A stretch of DNA of 61,801 bases, the filler included, from Choristocarpus tenellus KU-1152 (Eukaryota > Protista > Phaeophyceae): assembly GCA_964200185.2 (NCBI GenBank). It is 7 parts of 7 records of this genome, joined end to end, with 100 filler letters (N's around TTAATTAATTAA, not from the genome) between each part and the next. Parts side by side here need not be neighbours in the genome. Positions count along the whole stretch, not along the records: positions 31,397 to 38,871 come from CAXNAD020006097.1; positions 38,972 to 41,538 come from CAXNAD020026708.1; positions 41,639 to 52,034 come from CAXNAD020002953.1; 4 more parts are not named here. One strand, 5' to 3'. The notes beneath the pieces were generated by a model that had not been told where the DNA came from, made no database searches, and saw nothing but the letters and a program-made list of their open reading frames with translations. Of the stretch, positions 36,401 to 49,010 are shown piece after piece. A program made the translations under genes and the position numbers. Each line of letters begins with the position of its first letter. The first letter of the stretch is position 1.

Positions 36401-38501
36401 TTCTCATCAGAATTCTGTATCAAGCATCATTGGGCATTACATGTCGTAGTTCAGAGGTCACGTTTTTCTAGTGTTGAGGTTGCAATGTAATTCTTGTCTT
36501 GAATAGTAGTACTCCACAACTAAAGCAAAGAAGCATCACAATAAACACAGGTAGGGGACATTTCACGTACTATTTTGGCAAACAGTATATTGATCCCAGA
36601 GGTGACTGTGTATTTCTCTGTGCTCTTGACATTTACTTTATTTTGTCACAATGCATTCCGTTCCTGTTGCTGCCTCAGGCTTTCTTAGGGTTGTGGACCG
36701 GAAATGTAAACCAGGTGCCCCTTTTGGAAGGGGAAGTGTGGACAGATCCAGATTTCTCTCATGAACCCAGGTGTGGTTTATGGCCTCATGCCATGCATCA
36801 GAGTGTTTGTTGTCAGGTATATCCAGAATCATCCTGTAGCCGCACAGCTACTGTTTAATTATCCTGTATCCCCTCTACCACACTGACCCTAAAAATAAAT
36901 CCAAAGGATAATCAAACAGTAGCTGGCCCCCGCACTTCACTTGCCCCCCTCCTCCACTAAGCCCTACTAAATCTACCTCCAATGCAACCTGTTTTCCCTG
37001 TGAAACTTGAAAAGTTCATTGTACATGCAACCTGGCGTAGTTCCCGCGGGTATGCCTCCTCAAGAGTTGGTGCAGTGGCTCAGAACGAATGAGATAGCGG
37101 GAGGAGACCATCCTGTGCTGTATGTTGGAAACTTGCCTGGGGAGAGTCGCTTGGTGGTGGGGCAGGTGCAATCAATCCCTAAGAAGAGTTTTTTTTTAGT
37201 TTCTGGCTATTGAGAAACTGAACTCTTGTCTATTGTGAAAGAGGAGTTTTTTTTTCTGGCTATTGAGAAACTGAACTCTTGTCTGTTGTGAAAGAGTGGG
37301 AGTAGAAAGGGTCACCGAGAAGTACAGGCAGTGCTGTGCTTACAACACTACCTTTCAAATGCCTACAACACTCCGTTATCCCATCATACCATGTTTCCGT
37401 ACGAAGAGCACTACTTTGCCGGACAATACTGTTGCAAAGCTACAAGGGCCCAACTGTTCAATGTTAAAGCAGTAGAGTTCATAATGATGAGACGATCACA
37501 AAATGAGTTACGCTTAGGGTTATGGATACCCTACCTTGTTCCACCACCCGTACCACACTTCCAGCTCTTCAAAACGCACCTGCCCTTCTTTGGTGCACCT
37601 CCAGCTATGTGACAGATGGTTTTGGTCAGCTGTGGCGATTCTGACTGCGCAGCCCCAGTGCATCCGTTCACTCTTTCAGTCGACAGGGCAGGAGGAGCAG
37701 GGTAGATATTGCGTGCGCATCTTTAAGGAGGCAAATTGGATCAACGTATCAGTTGACAACTGCTTGCCATGCAACGTTGCAGGGAGGGTGAGAGATGAGA
37801 CTGAACACGCCCTAGCGGTGCTTGCACTTTTATGTGTTGAAGCAAGTATGGGCACGATATTTTGACAGGGGATGCTTTTGCGTGCTAGTGTGTGAGGGTT
37901 GTCCATATGTATGTGTTGCTGTCTTTGCAGCATTACCATAGCTATTGTCTAGAGAATGACTGTTCCTACAGGAAAGATGAAGCTGGAGGAGAATTAGGAC
38001 GTAACATGTGCATTTGTTTCGACCGTACTTGCCAATGCCTTTGCTAAGAAATCCACGTTCTTCCCCACTTTTTTTATGCCTTCAATCTTGTGTGGACCTA
38101 TCCTGCACAGTTCTTTTATCTAATTCAAGACAACACCCAACCCTTGCAGAAGCCCTGTCACATGTTTTCCTGCAAGTCTTCCATTATACTCCAAGTGTGA
38201 GGTAGCCCCCATGCCATATTTTTCTTTGTCTCTTAATCCTCTTCCGAAACCATACCTACCAACAAGGCAAAGTGTTACTGAGTTGCGTTCCCAATCCAAA
38301 ATGTAGCTACAACAGCGTAATCACAACACAGAGTACCCTTGTCCCTATCCCTCACTGCCATAATTTGTCCATCATAATCCCCTGTTTCCTACTTCCCTAG
38401 GCATTGTTTGGCAGGGGAGAAGAAGCTCACGAGATTTGGCCAATGATTGTTGAGAAGGCCTTTGCCAAGCTGCATGGATGCTACGAGAACCTCATGCACG
38501 G
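33463..38501 (+). CDS. N-myristoylation-motif, EF-hand and calpain-like (CysPc) protein, probably catalytically inactive; 3' partial
   Basis: Exons 33463-33586, 33860 (or 33908)-34034, 35043-35256, 35874-35948, 36679-36770, 37015-37165, 37605-37787, 38401-38501, phase-consistent. MGTGWS start; EF-hands DTDKNGLVDAFE and DFVGEGDLNIDE; calpain motifs WTDPDF, WLR, GQLCDRWFWSA, GRYCVRIF...W..VSVDN.LP, WPMIVEKAFAKLHGCYE. Confidence 0.88.
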
Positions 38502-38971
38502 GTGAGAGAAACCAGGGGAGACCACACAAAAGGTCAGATATCTCTTAGTATTGCCTGTCTCATGCAAAGATAGGAGTGACAAACAAGGACTGTTGCCTAG
38601 AATTGCAGATTGATTGTTTAACATGAGATAGGGCATGCAGCACCCTATGAAATCCGAAGTACTTCCTCTCATATGAGGAAATTCCGGGGCATATCAACAT
38701 ACCTACCACTATCAATTGCACTCTGACTCCATATATACTTCACCAGAATTCTCTGATAGGGTTGGAAGAGTCTAATTGAACACCCTCCATAGCCCAAACA
38801 ACTCTGAGCGGTCACAATATACAATTGTGCATCCTTGCATCTCATCAGGGGCTCAAAGTAATTGGGGGGGGNNNNNNNNNNNNNNNNNNNNNNNNNNNNN
38901 NNNNNNNNNNNNNNNTTAATTAATTAANNNNNNNNNNNNNNNNNNNNNNNNNNNNNNNNNNNNNNNNNNNN

Positions 38972-39814
38972 TTGGAGCCGTGGTGAAGTCAGCCGCCAGG
39001 AGGCTGGAGCTCAACGGGGTACGTATGCCGGGAACCTCATCTTTGGTGGAGACTTTGAAGTCTACCAAGACAGAATATTTGCTGAGGGATCCAACGCCAG
39101 AGGAAGAGGGGCGCCTCCGTAGGGACGACAAGGTTCCTCCAGGACAGACTGTTGTCACCAAGGTCAGATACTCCCTCCCACAATCCACACATATGCTACA
39201 CATAGCTTTTTTCCACATGGGTTATAATCTCCATTTGGTATCGATATTTCTTCGTATCCGACACTTCTGCGCACGTCCCCCTGGCGCCCTCCTAAGTACA
39301 ACACCTCTTCAATCCCCCACAACTGTCTGTCACAACACCCACCTTCACAATCAGTTCATAAAACAAATGACAACAGCTTTACTGCATATTAAAGATCTCT
39401 CTCCACAACAAATGCCTCTGAAATACATGGTACATCACTTGCGACGTCTACGGTTAAGTTATCTTCCTTTTGCTCTTCAACACAACCCTTTGTGATGAAA
39501 AAGATGAAGCTTTTGGTATAGGTGGGTATCTTCTGTGCAAAGAAATGCAGACCAAGTTTGACTAAATAGTATGGTCTTAGCTTAACTAAAAGGCAACATA
39601 AAATTGTTTAGAGACAGACAGACAGACTATAAACGATGCCTAAGGAGTACGTGGTGTGATCGGTGTCAGCCTAATACCTCTCCCTATATTGATGTCAACT
39701 AAAACACGATCATTCCCAATTGGACTGGAGTCAAATCCTTCTGGGGACCCCTAGGGACGAGGAGTATACAAGGGCCATCCATACACTGTCTATCCTCGTG
39801 CTCTTGGCATCTAA
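38972..39814 (+). CDS. 3' end of an unidentified gene (tentative exons 38972-39161 and 39755-39814)
   Basis: Open GC-rich frame ...EYLLRDPTPEEEGRLRRDDKVPPGQTVVTK|GTCAGA donor; a phase-0 acceptor gives GRGVYKGHPYTVYPRALGI*. Confidence 0.4.
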
Positions 39815-41266
39815 GACCTTTTCCTCTCTGTCACAAGTGGTACACCTGAAGAGTAGCCTCGGTATCATCGAGGTATGAACAAGTCAAGTGACCATCACGA
39901 CTCATTACCGGGCAGCCCGGGCACTGGCATGTATTGCATTACGGAGTGCTACAATGCTGGTCTACACGATGACTTGGCCTACTAGGGGGAAAGGACGTGA
40001 AACGATCTGTAGAACGAGCTGGAATGGGCGGTCTTGGTGATGACTGGGGTGAAGAACGTGCTGTGAGTCGTTCTTCTCCCCGGGAGCGATCAACCTTCGT
40101 GTGTAGATGTTGTTTTCCTCTCACTGAAATTGTATCATTTCCTAGCGAGGAACCTCTTCATTACGAGGTGTGTGAAGGATAGCGCTGGAGTAAGTGGTGG
40201 GACAGAGGATTGATTGGGCAGACAAGATATTGTCCTATTGACTTTTGGCACGGTTACGAGTCTGACGAACGTAGTGACAGATTCCTCACACATTTGCTCA
40301 AGGCGAATATTTGGGGGCTGACGATTTCCCACGAGTGTGATTTTGAGTTGGTTGATGAGTAGGAAGGTTATGTCAACACTTTCTGAAGGGGGTTTGGTAC
40401 AACGAACATCTCCAAGAAAATGATTTATACGGAGTGTATTGATTGATGGACTCCTTCTCCTCCTGTTTCATAGACGTAAGCCTACGTGTTGAAACACTCA
40501 GAACATGGGTGGGGATGAATACATTAATGAAGACCTCGGGGATTCAATCACCCCACAAGATTGAAGAGTTTATTGAAGGTGGTGCATTGGGACACCTGCA
40601 ATCCCACGAAGTCGGCACATAAATGCCATTCCACTGTACCACCAAAAGTGTGAAAATATAATGTTTGAGCACGACCTTGCAGAGTTTTCAGCGAAATTTT
40701 AATGCATTGAGTAGATGTAGGACTACTGTATTGGTTGGGTAGAGGGTTATACAAAACTACCAACATGCTATATAAAATTACAGTGACAAATCTTCCTCCT
40801 CAAAACCTGTAATTGCAAGACCAGTAGAGGAATTGGGAAGTGGAATACCTAAAACGACTTACGTCTCGTCTTCAATTAGAGTGTGAAACGGCCATTTCAT
40901 GAGTGGTTAAATAGGGACAGGAAACTGGGGAGTCCTGGAAGGATACGACGGGTGTCATGGTGGCCTGAATCGGCACGATGCTCGAAGGTCAACAATGCTC
41001 TGCCTGGACCACCCCGGCCATCCTTGGGAGGGGATGAGGGGGTCTCGTTGATGATCTGCGGGTTTTGAACGGTCGGAAGTCGAGGAGGAGGTTTTAGAGG
41101 AGTAAATGTTATCCAAGCCATTATTTGTGGATGACTCCATATCTTGCGCAGATCCACCTACGTCCATATTCTCCCCTTCTTGCTTGAGTTCTTCAGCACA
41201 ATCAGCAGGGGTTCCTACCGACGACGGAGTCTTCTAGCCCTTGAGATATAAGTAAGAAGGTACGAC

Positions 41267-41490
41267 AAGTATCTTAGAGGTTAGGGCCTAGTCCATTTGG
41301 GGGCCAAAATCCAATGTTGCGATTTTGATGTCATTTTGGCCACCATGTTTGTTAGGAAGTGTCATATATGTCCTTGTTCCGGACACACCTTTGCATAACA
41401 CATACACATCTTACCTACTCCGAAACATTTTGGAGTAGGAAAACGTAAGAAAAAAAAACATGGGAAACCAAGTCCCAAATGGACAAACCC
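41267..41490. mobile_element. MITE family A, copy 5 (truncated)
   Basis: AAGTATCTTAGAGG start and body colinear with copy 1. Confidence 0.8.
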
Positions 41491-43092
41491 TTTTTTTTGC
41501 TGAAATTTCAAATCCGACCCGTGCGACGAAATCACACCNNNNNNNNNNNNNNNNNNNNNNNNNNNNNNNNNNNNNNNNNNNNTTAATTAATTAANNNNNN
41601 NNNNNNNNNNNNNNNNNNNNNNNNNNNNNNNNNNNNNNGGTGACAGAAACATATACAGTCTCACACACAAAAAAAAAAAAAAAGGGGGGGGGGGGGGGGG
41701 GGGGGGGGGTAGGGGAGGAGGTAACTGTGTCTCCAAACTGTGTGTATACAATGTCATTCCCCTTGATTAATATGATTGGAAGACACTTTTCGGGTTTTGC
41801 CTCTTGTCCAATGAATTGCATTATAGTCGTAGGGTTAGGGTTATAGTTTAAATTGTTGGAGATACAAGAATCTATTTGATTTCTTACAAATCACCCTATA
41901 ACCCTAACCCTATGGGGTGTAGATTGTGTAATGTGTTTTTATTGTTTGTAAGAGCAGTATCATCTCTTTTGTTACAAACCTTTGAATGGATTTGATTGGA
42001 TGGGACGCTCAGGACTGAACGGATTTAAAAAAAAAATCACACTAAGAAGAAAAAAAAAAGTGTAAGATTCTCTTTCAGTAGGAACATTTCAAATGTAACT
42101 GTCACTCTAATGCGTTTTTTTATTTTACAAAGTGAAATTTTAAAAATGATATTGATACATAGTGCTTGTTACCACAGTGCATTTTTGCTGGGTTGGAAGT
42201 ACACTGTGATACATTTAAATAGAAGTTAAGGGTATACCTTTTTTGTTATCATGTATAGTGATTATACTAATTGTAGAGTTATGTCCATACATATTTTCTA
42301 GTACTCTCTACCTGTTGAATGTTAGATTCCTCATTTTCATGAAGTTGTACTCCACAGTAGATGTGTATTTTCAAGGGTTAGGGATAAGGGTTAGGGTTAG
42401 GGTCAAAAAGTGTCACCGCCATGGTAGTAAAACTATTCATAACAACAAAGTCCCCTTCTTTTGAATTTTTTTCTTCAAAGGTATCCCTAATCCTATGCAG
42501 CAATCGTCAATTGATTTGTTTTTTATTTTTATTATTGTAAGAGCTGTCAAGTTTTGTACTTTAGAGTTAAGGGGGGAAGGTGAGAATGGTCTGAGGAGTG
42601 ACCCACTAGGGAAGTGAACAATTCAAGGCAAGCTGGGTGAGGGTTATGACCCTGAATGTAGTATGTTCCTTGACAATTCCAGACTTGTGATCAGACGCAA
42701 GCATTCACAACAGAATGCAGTGACCAATGGGATTGTGTGGTTGACTGTTAGCTGATTGTGTGCAGTTTGACTCTAATGGTCGCATCTCATCTCGTCTCAT
42801 CTTATCTTATCTCATCTCATCTTATCTCATCTCATTTTATTTTATTGCTTCAATAAAATGGACAGAAAGGGAAGAGTGTGTTGATGCGACCTGTTTGACT
42901 TAGCGGAGTAGATCCCACCAATGTTAATATTTTATTTCTATTTCTTATTGTTTAGCGGCTGATCATGAAAAACTTTATTTTTGATGTATCTTTTGATATA
43001 TGCGTGATTTTTTTATGTACCTTGATATGCTTGCTATATATACTTTTTTATATCACCACTGCCTTGCTGTCTTTATTGATGGAATTACCAAG

Positions 43093-46000
43093 GTGGATCA
43101 TGGCTAAGTACTTGTGGTATGGGTTTGTGGAAGAGGACACGATGGAACCCTCAGCAGTGTCTGCAGCATTGGTTGATGTGAGTTGGGGTGTTGCCTGTTG
43201 GTATGCTTGTGTATCATGTTTGCAGTGCTTTTTCCATCCCCTGTCCTATCTTCTATCCGGGGCTGTAGGGGAAGATACTTTTGTTGACTGTGTTTGACAA
43301 CTGAGATCCAACCCTAACCCTAACCCTTTGATGCAGAGACGGTTCAGGTTTTTTGTTCCTATTGATGGTATTGTATTATTTTTACTATGTTAATATTTAT
43401 TTTGTAATAAATGTCATGTTTTCACCATGGTGGCTAGGGTTAGGGTTTTTCCCATTTTTGTAAGTATGAAAATTATATTGCAAGGAGTATAGGTATAGAT
43501 TATGTTAAAGTACTAGTGGTATAGGTTAGGATTAGGATTAGGGTTAGAGTTAGGGTTAGGGTTAGAAGAAAACAGGATGAAGTGTGTTTCATAGGATACA
43601 AACATAAGTTGAGATGCACCAAGACTACTCCAAATTATGGAGGAAAGTGCTTCAGGGTTAGGGTTAGGGTTATTTTTCATTCGACTATCAGAGGAAACAT
43701 TTTTTTTAATATCTGATGCACTGGAGTGATAAATGCAATGCAAATAGTACAGTATTACATAAGTTGTATCTTGGATGGGTGGACGGATGGGTTGTGTTGT
43801 GTTGTCCTTTGAACTGAATGTTTCTTGTATTATGTTGAATTGATGGACCTTTAACCCTAACCCTAACCATCTTTAAGTAGATTCAATAAACCTCCTTACT
43901 CTCCATTCAAGCACATTGATAAATCGCATTGAATAATCACATTGATGAATCACATTAATAGATCACATTGATAAATCAAATCGATAAATCACATTGATAA
44001 ATCACATTGATAAATCACATTAATAAATAACGTTGATAAATCACATTGATAAATCAAATCGACAAATCATATTGATAAATCACATTGATAAATCGCATTA
44101 ATAAATAACGTTGATAAATCAAATCGACAAATCACATTGATAAATCACATTAATAAATAATGTTGATAAATCAAATCGACAAATCACATCGATAAATCAC
44201 ATTGATAAATCACATTAATAAATAACGTTGATAAATCTAATCAACAAATCGCATTGATAAATCAAATTGACAAATCACATCGATAAATCACATTGATAAA
44301 TCACATTGATAAATAACGTTGATAAATCAAATTGACAAATCATATTGATAAATCATATTAATAAATAACGTTGATAAATCAAATCGACAAATCACACCGA
44401 TAAATCACATTGATAAATCACATTAATAAATCACGTTGATAAATCTAATCAACAAATCACATTGATAAATCAAATCGACAAATCACATTGATAAATCACA
44501 TTAATAAATAACGTTGATAAATCAAATTGACAAATCACATTGATAAATCACATTAATAAGTAACGTTGATAAATCAAATCAACAAATCGCATTGATAAAT
44601 CACATTGATAAATCAAATCGACAAATCACATCGATAAATCACATTGATAAATCACATTAATAAATAACGTTGATAAATCTAATCAACATATCACATTGAT
44701 AAATCAAATCAACAAATCACATTGATAAATCAAATCGACAAATTACATTGATAAATCACATTGATAAATCACATTGATAAATCGAAATGTAACTGCTTTA
44801 TAAAATGCCTGTTTCTTGCTTATCAACAACTCCATTGCACTCACTCACCAAAGGCTGCTGAGGTAGGAGACTCAGCCCGAATTGTATGGTGTTTGGCTCA
44901 CAAGGGGGACATCAACTGGACAGATCAACACAGAAACGGGCAGTGTGCTCTCCACCTAGCATGCAGGAACGATCATCTACAATCCGGAACTATTCTCCTT
45001 CTCAACGGGGCAAGCATGTATGTATGTGTTATGTGTGTGTTACATGTTATGTGTGTATGTATGTGTTATATGTGTATGTATGTGTTATATGTGTGTTACG
45101 TGTTATGTGTGTGTGTATGTGTTATGTGTTATGTGTGTATGTATGTTGTGTATTTTGTTTGTGTGTGAAATGTGGCCTATATTTGGCACCAAACTACCAA
45201 ACCCTAACCCTTAACAAGAATATCTCCTCCCCTTCGCTTCCTCCCTTTCCAACCCAATTTCCTCTCCCTGCCATTGGTATTATTGTTATTATGTTATTAT
45301 TATTATTATTATTATTATTATATTATTATTATTATTATTGTGTTACTATTATTATATTGTTGTTATTGTGTTATTCATGCTCTACTGGTCCTGAGACCGT
45401 GTGAATACTTACATTATTTATTATTATATTATTTATTGTGGTAGTAGTTTTTGTTACAAAAGGGAGTAGTGTTGAAGAGGTGGGAAGGTTACCTGGTGCA
45501 AAAAGATGTTACCTGGTGAAAAAAGAATTAAAGTGTCTTTCGAGGGTGTGAATTTTGCCCTGTTTGTCCATTTGGGGCTTGGCTTCCCATGTTTTTTTTA
45601 ATGACATTTTCCTACTCAAATATATTTCGGAGTAGGTAAAATATATGCGTTATGAAATGGTGTGTCCAGAACATGGATATTGACACTTCCTAACAAACAC
45701 GATAGCTGAAATTACACCAAAGTCGCAACATTGAATTTAGGCCCCCAAATGGACACGGCTCTACCCTCTAAGATACTTTGGCTCAAATCCGTTTTGTGTG
45801 ACATCTATCTGAGGTCAATGTTATTGATGTGACTAAAGTATCTATCTGTTGAAGTCTTTTGCGATACCCTCCCCCTTCTCCCCATAAGATTTTTTTTTCA
45901 GTACAAATAATGATATTCATATAATGATATTTATATAATGATAATGATATTCATGTAATGATAACGATATTTTGGGATGATAATAATATTTATATAAAGA

Positions 46001-46142
46001 TAATAATATTTTGGGATGATAATGATAATTTGGGATGAACCAGCTGTTGAGGTGTTACTTGTTACAAGTTGGTCTTGTAAAAACAATAGTAATAATTATC
46101 ATTTTCATTGTTGTTGGGTTTGGAGCGAGTATATGAGGCGTG

Positions 46143-46184
<42 letters not shown>

Positions 46185-46368
46185 GGTTGAACTGCATCTA
46201 AAGGCATAGTTGAGTTGACTTGTACTCTTGATGACAAAAAAACTATTCCAATATTTCAGGTACATTGCGGACAACTCAGGTTTGACAGCTCAGGATATCG
46301 TGTTTCAGGACCCTCAATCAGACATGGCCCGCCTATTTACTGAGAAAGAACGAGGAGAGCTGTGGTGA
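43093..46368 (+). CDS. ArfGAP + ankyrin-repeat protein (ACAP/centaurin-like), last three exons
   Basis: Exons 43093-43177 (RWIMAKY, end of ArfGAP domain), 44854-45017 (AAEVGD...CLAHKGDINW...ALHLACRNDH...LLLNGA, ankyrin) and 46260-46368 (ADNSGLTAQDI...W*); phases match. Confidence 0.8.
43524..43565 (+). repeat. Interstitial telomere-like (TTAGGG)n
   Basis: Degenerate TTAGGG run; similar short runs at 14162-14183, 42375-42402, 43310-43326, 43655-43672, 43853-43868, 56171-56199 and 56411-56429. Confidence 0.8.
43912..44783. repeat. Intronic 13-bp minisatellite (CACATTGATAAAT, ~67 units) with higher-order variant pattern
   Basis: Parsed unit by unit; register is kept throughout. Confidence 0.95.
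45018..45170. repeat. Compound (TG)/(TATG) microsatellite starting at the intron donor
   Basis: Directly visible; reverse-orientation equivalent at 52600-52840. Confidence 0.9.
45525..45784. mobile_element. MITE family A, copy 6
   Basis: Both (degenerate) TIRs; AAA on both flanks; intronic in the ArfGAP gene. Confidence 0.83.
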
Positions 46369-46490
46369 TTGAAATAAACATATACATACACATACACACA
46401 CATTGTACATGCATATTATGTGCCCCACCATACCATCATGCAGCTAGCCTGACTCATGCCCAGCCCTTGACCAACAATTGTCTGGGAGTG

Positions 46491-46641
46491 GATAACATTG
46501 AAAGATAACTTTGAAAGATAACATTGAAAGATAACTTTGAAAGATAACTTTGAAAGATAACATTGAAAGATAACATTGAAAGATAACTTTGAAAGATAAC
46601 TTTGAAAGATAACTTTGAAAGATAACATTGAAAGATAACAT
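46491..46641. repeat. 13-bp minisatellite GATAAC(A/T)TTGAAA, ~11.5 units
   Basis: Two variants differing at one position; ~120 bp downstream of the ArfGAP stop codon. Confidence 0.92.
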
Positions 46642-48565
46642 CACATCCACGGCCAAGAAAGTGTCTGGTCTCTGATTCATGGAACCTGACATACTGCTGT
46701 AGATGAAGATATACTTTGGGTTATGAGAAGTGATTGTAGTTGTAGTAGCCAATCGTAGGATACAGACTGGCGTTGTTTTGGCTGAGCATTAGGGGAGAAA
46801 GTATGAGGGGGTTGTTTGTTGAGTGGTCTTGTGAGAGTCGAAATAGGTTTTTTGATGTCATTTTATCTCGTTTCTTTGGTTTTTGATCTGCTGATCAATG
46901 GTATGGTGATTTTTGGGGGTATCATCTGCTTGTGGGTGTCTCACCTTGAACTACACAAGCTTTCGTTTTTCAAAGTATGTAGAGTTCTGTTTGAGTTATT
47001 ATTACTACTGATGCCGTTTGTTGAACATAGCTGCTGGAGTACTGCTTATTGGTTAGTTTTTTACATGCCCTCATGTCCAGTGTTTAAACAGTATAGAAAT
47101 GGGTCGTATGTAAAATATCTTGCATGCAAGGAATTATTCTTGTGTCGTTTCAGTGCTACGTTCTTCTTAGGAATTATTCTGGATTTTTGCTCTGTCTCGA
47201 ACAAGGTTAACTCTTTCCTCCAACTCACACAATTACATCTATTGCCGTCTAAAGTCAGGGTCAAGCCAGCTGCGGAAGTCAGTAACAGGCGTGGACCCAA
47301 GTCGCTACTTCGCTTGTCTATTCCCATCACCAAACTGACCCCTCCTGCCCATACAGCCATATATATATATATATATATGTCACTGTAAAGTGGAGTGACA
47401 GTGCTTAACTAGAGGAAAAACTATCTACAACTACTTTGCACACGACAGCAAACAATCAGTCAAGTCACACGCACAAAACTATACAGGAGGAGAAAACAAC
47501 AGGGCTGGCGTTATTTTAAGAAACTCAACAAACTATTTTCTATTATTATCATTATTATAATAGGTTGATTACGACATGAAGGTCATAAACTTTTAAAAGG
47601 TAACATTAAAATTTGGAGGATAGATTGGCCTTTATTTTGTCACTTGGGAGTTTGCCCTTAATATCTAACCAAAGAGGATTAGATAAGGAGAAGCGGACCC
47701 ATCTCCAGAGATTACTCTTCCAAGGTGAGGTGGTCTGGACCTTCCCCCAACAAAGATAACATATACATATAATCTCCTCGCTACTATCACTTTTATTCCT
47801 TCTTCTGGGTAGTAGAAACCTGCTTAAGCAAAGGGAAGCAACCCAAACCATACAGCCAGGGATAGGAAGGACCTTGCCTTCCATCATAGCTCCTCCCATA
47901 GTCTTTTGGCCAACCATTGACACCATGACTGACTCGTATTCTCCGAATTCCCTTATGCTACACACAGAAAGCTTATTCCAGTTTGACACATGTGTTGACG
48001 TTCTTTTCCTCTCTCCTCAGTCCTCACATTGACTCAGTTTCCAACAGTGCACAGGACAAGCGGTCAATCACCCACTTACATTACGCAATAACGTTAGGAA
48101 CAACAAGGCTAAGAAAGTCAACTGGTTCGAGGTCCTTGTCTTCCTTACCCCTTGGAGATGTAAAATACATACTCAAGCAACAGTTGTTAGACTTGAAGAT
48201 ACGGGCACTCCTTATTTTTGGTGGGTATAGCAACACTCTGACGACAATGTTGTGGGTCATCCTTTTTTTGTGTGGCGATGGATTTTTTCTGTGAGTGGGA
48301 CACTACTTGTAGGATAGGGCACAGAGTTGTACAGAGAGGATGTATTTCATCATCATTGAAATAAATTCTGTCCGAATTGGACTTCTAGTCTAATATGACG
48401 GTACCATTACACTTCTTAAGACACGTTTTCACCAACACCTAAGACAACAAAGCCAATAATTGAAAGTACTTCGATGTAGAAACCAGTGGGAAACTTTTGG
48501 AATATTTTCTACGAATGGTCAATGCTCCAACCACTGAGGAGAGACAAACATATAAGCCCTGCAGC

Positions 48566-49010
48566 AGGGTCAGGTAACGTCGAGGTGGGTCAGGAACCCT
48601 TCACGAGGCTGTATCTACACAGGTAGGAAAATATGTATCGAGCATAACAACCAGTGAAGTGTTCTCCGAGATGGACTCTTGTCAATATTCAACACCCCCA
48701 GCTAACCCTAAGCATGATCTAACGACATTCGAAGAAGAGAGGTGAGAAACACTTACTTGCTGACACGACACCAAATGACCCAACGGAAGAGGGTCAGGTA
48801 ATTTCGAGGTGGGTCAGCGACCCTTCACGAGGCTGTATCTACACAGGTAGGAAAATATGTGCCGAGCATAACAACCAGTGAAGTGTCCTCTGAGATGGAC
48901 TCTTGTCAATATTCAACACCCCCAGCTAACCCTAAGCATGATCTAACGATATTCGAAGAAGAGAGGTGAGAAGCACTTACTTGCTGACACAACACCAAAT
49001 GACCCAACGG
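48566..49010. repeat. Tandem duplication, ~224-bp period, two copies
   Basis: 48566-48789 and 48790-49010 differ by only a few substitutions. Confidence 0.9.

Noticed and set aside
43912-44783. CRISPR-like array
   Set aside because: Contiguous 13-bp tandem units with no unique spacers and no cas genes; it lies in a eukaryotic intron.
44886-45404. Cys/Val/Tyr-rich and poly-L/Y ORFs (also 46016-46274, 46416-46752, 52477-52840)
   Set aside because: Translations of micro- and minisatellites.
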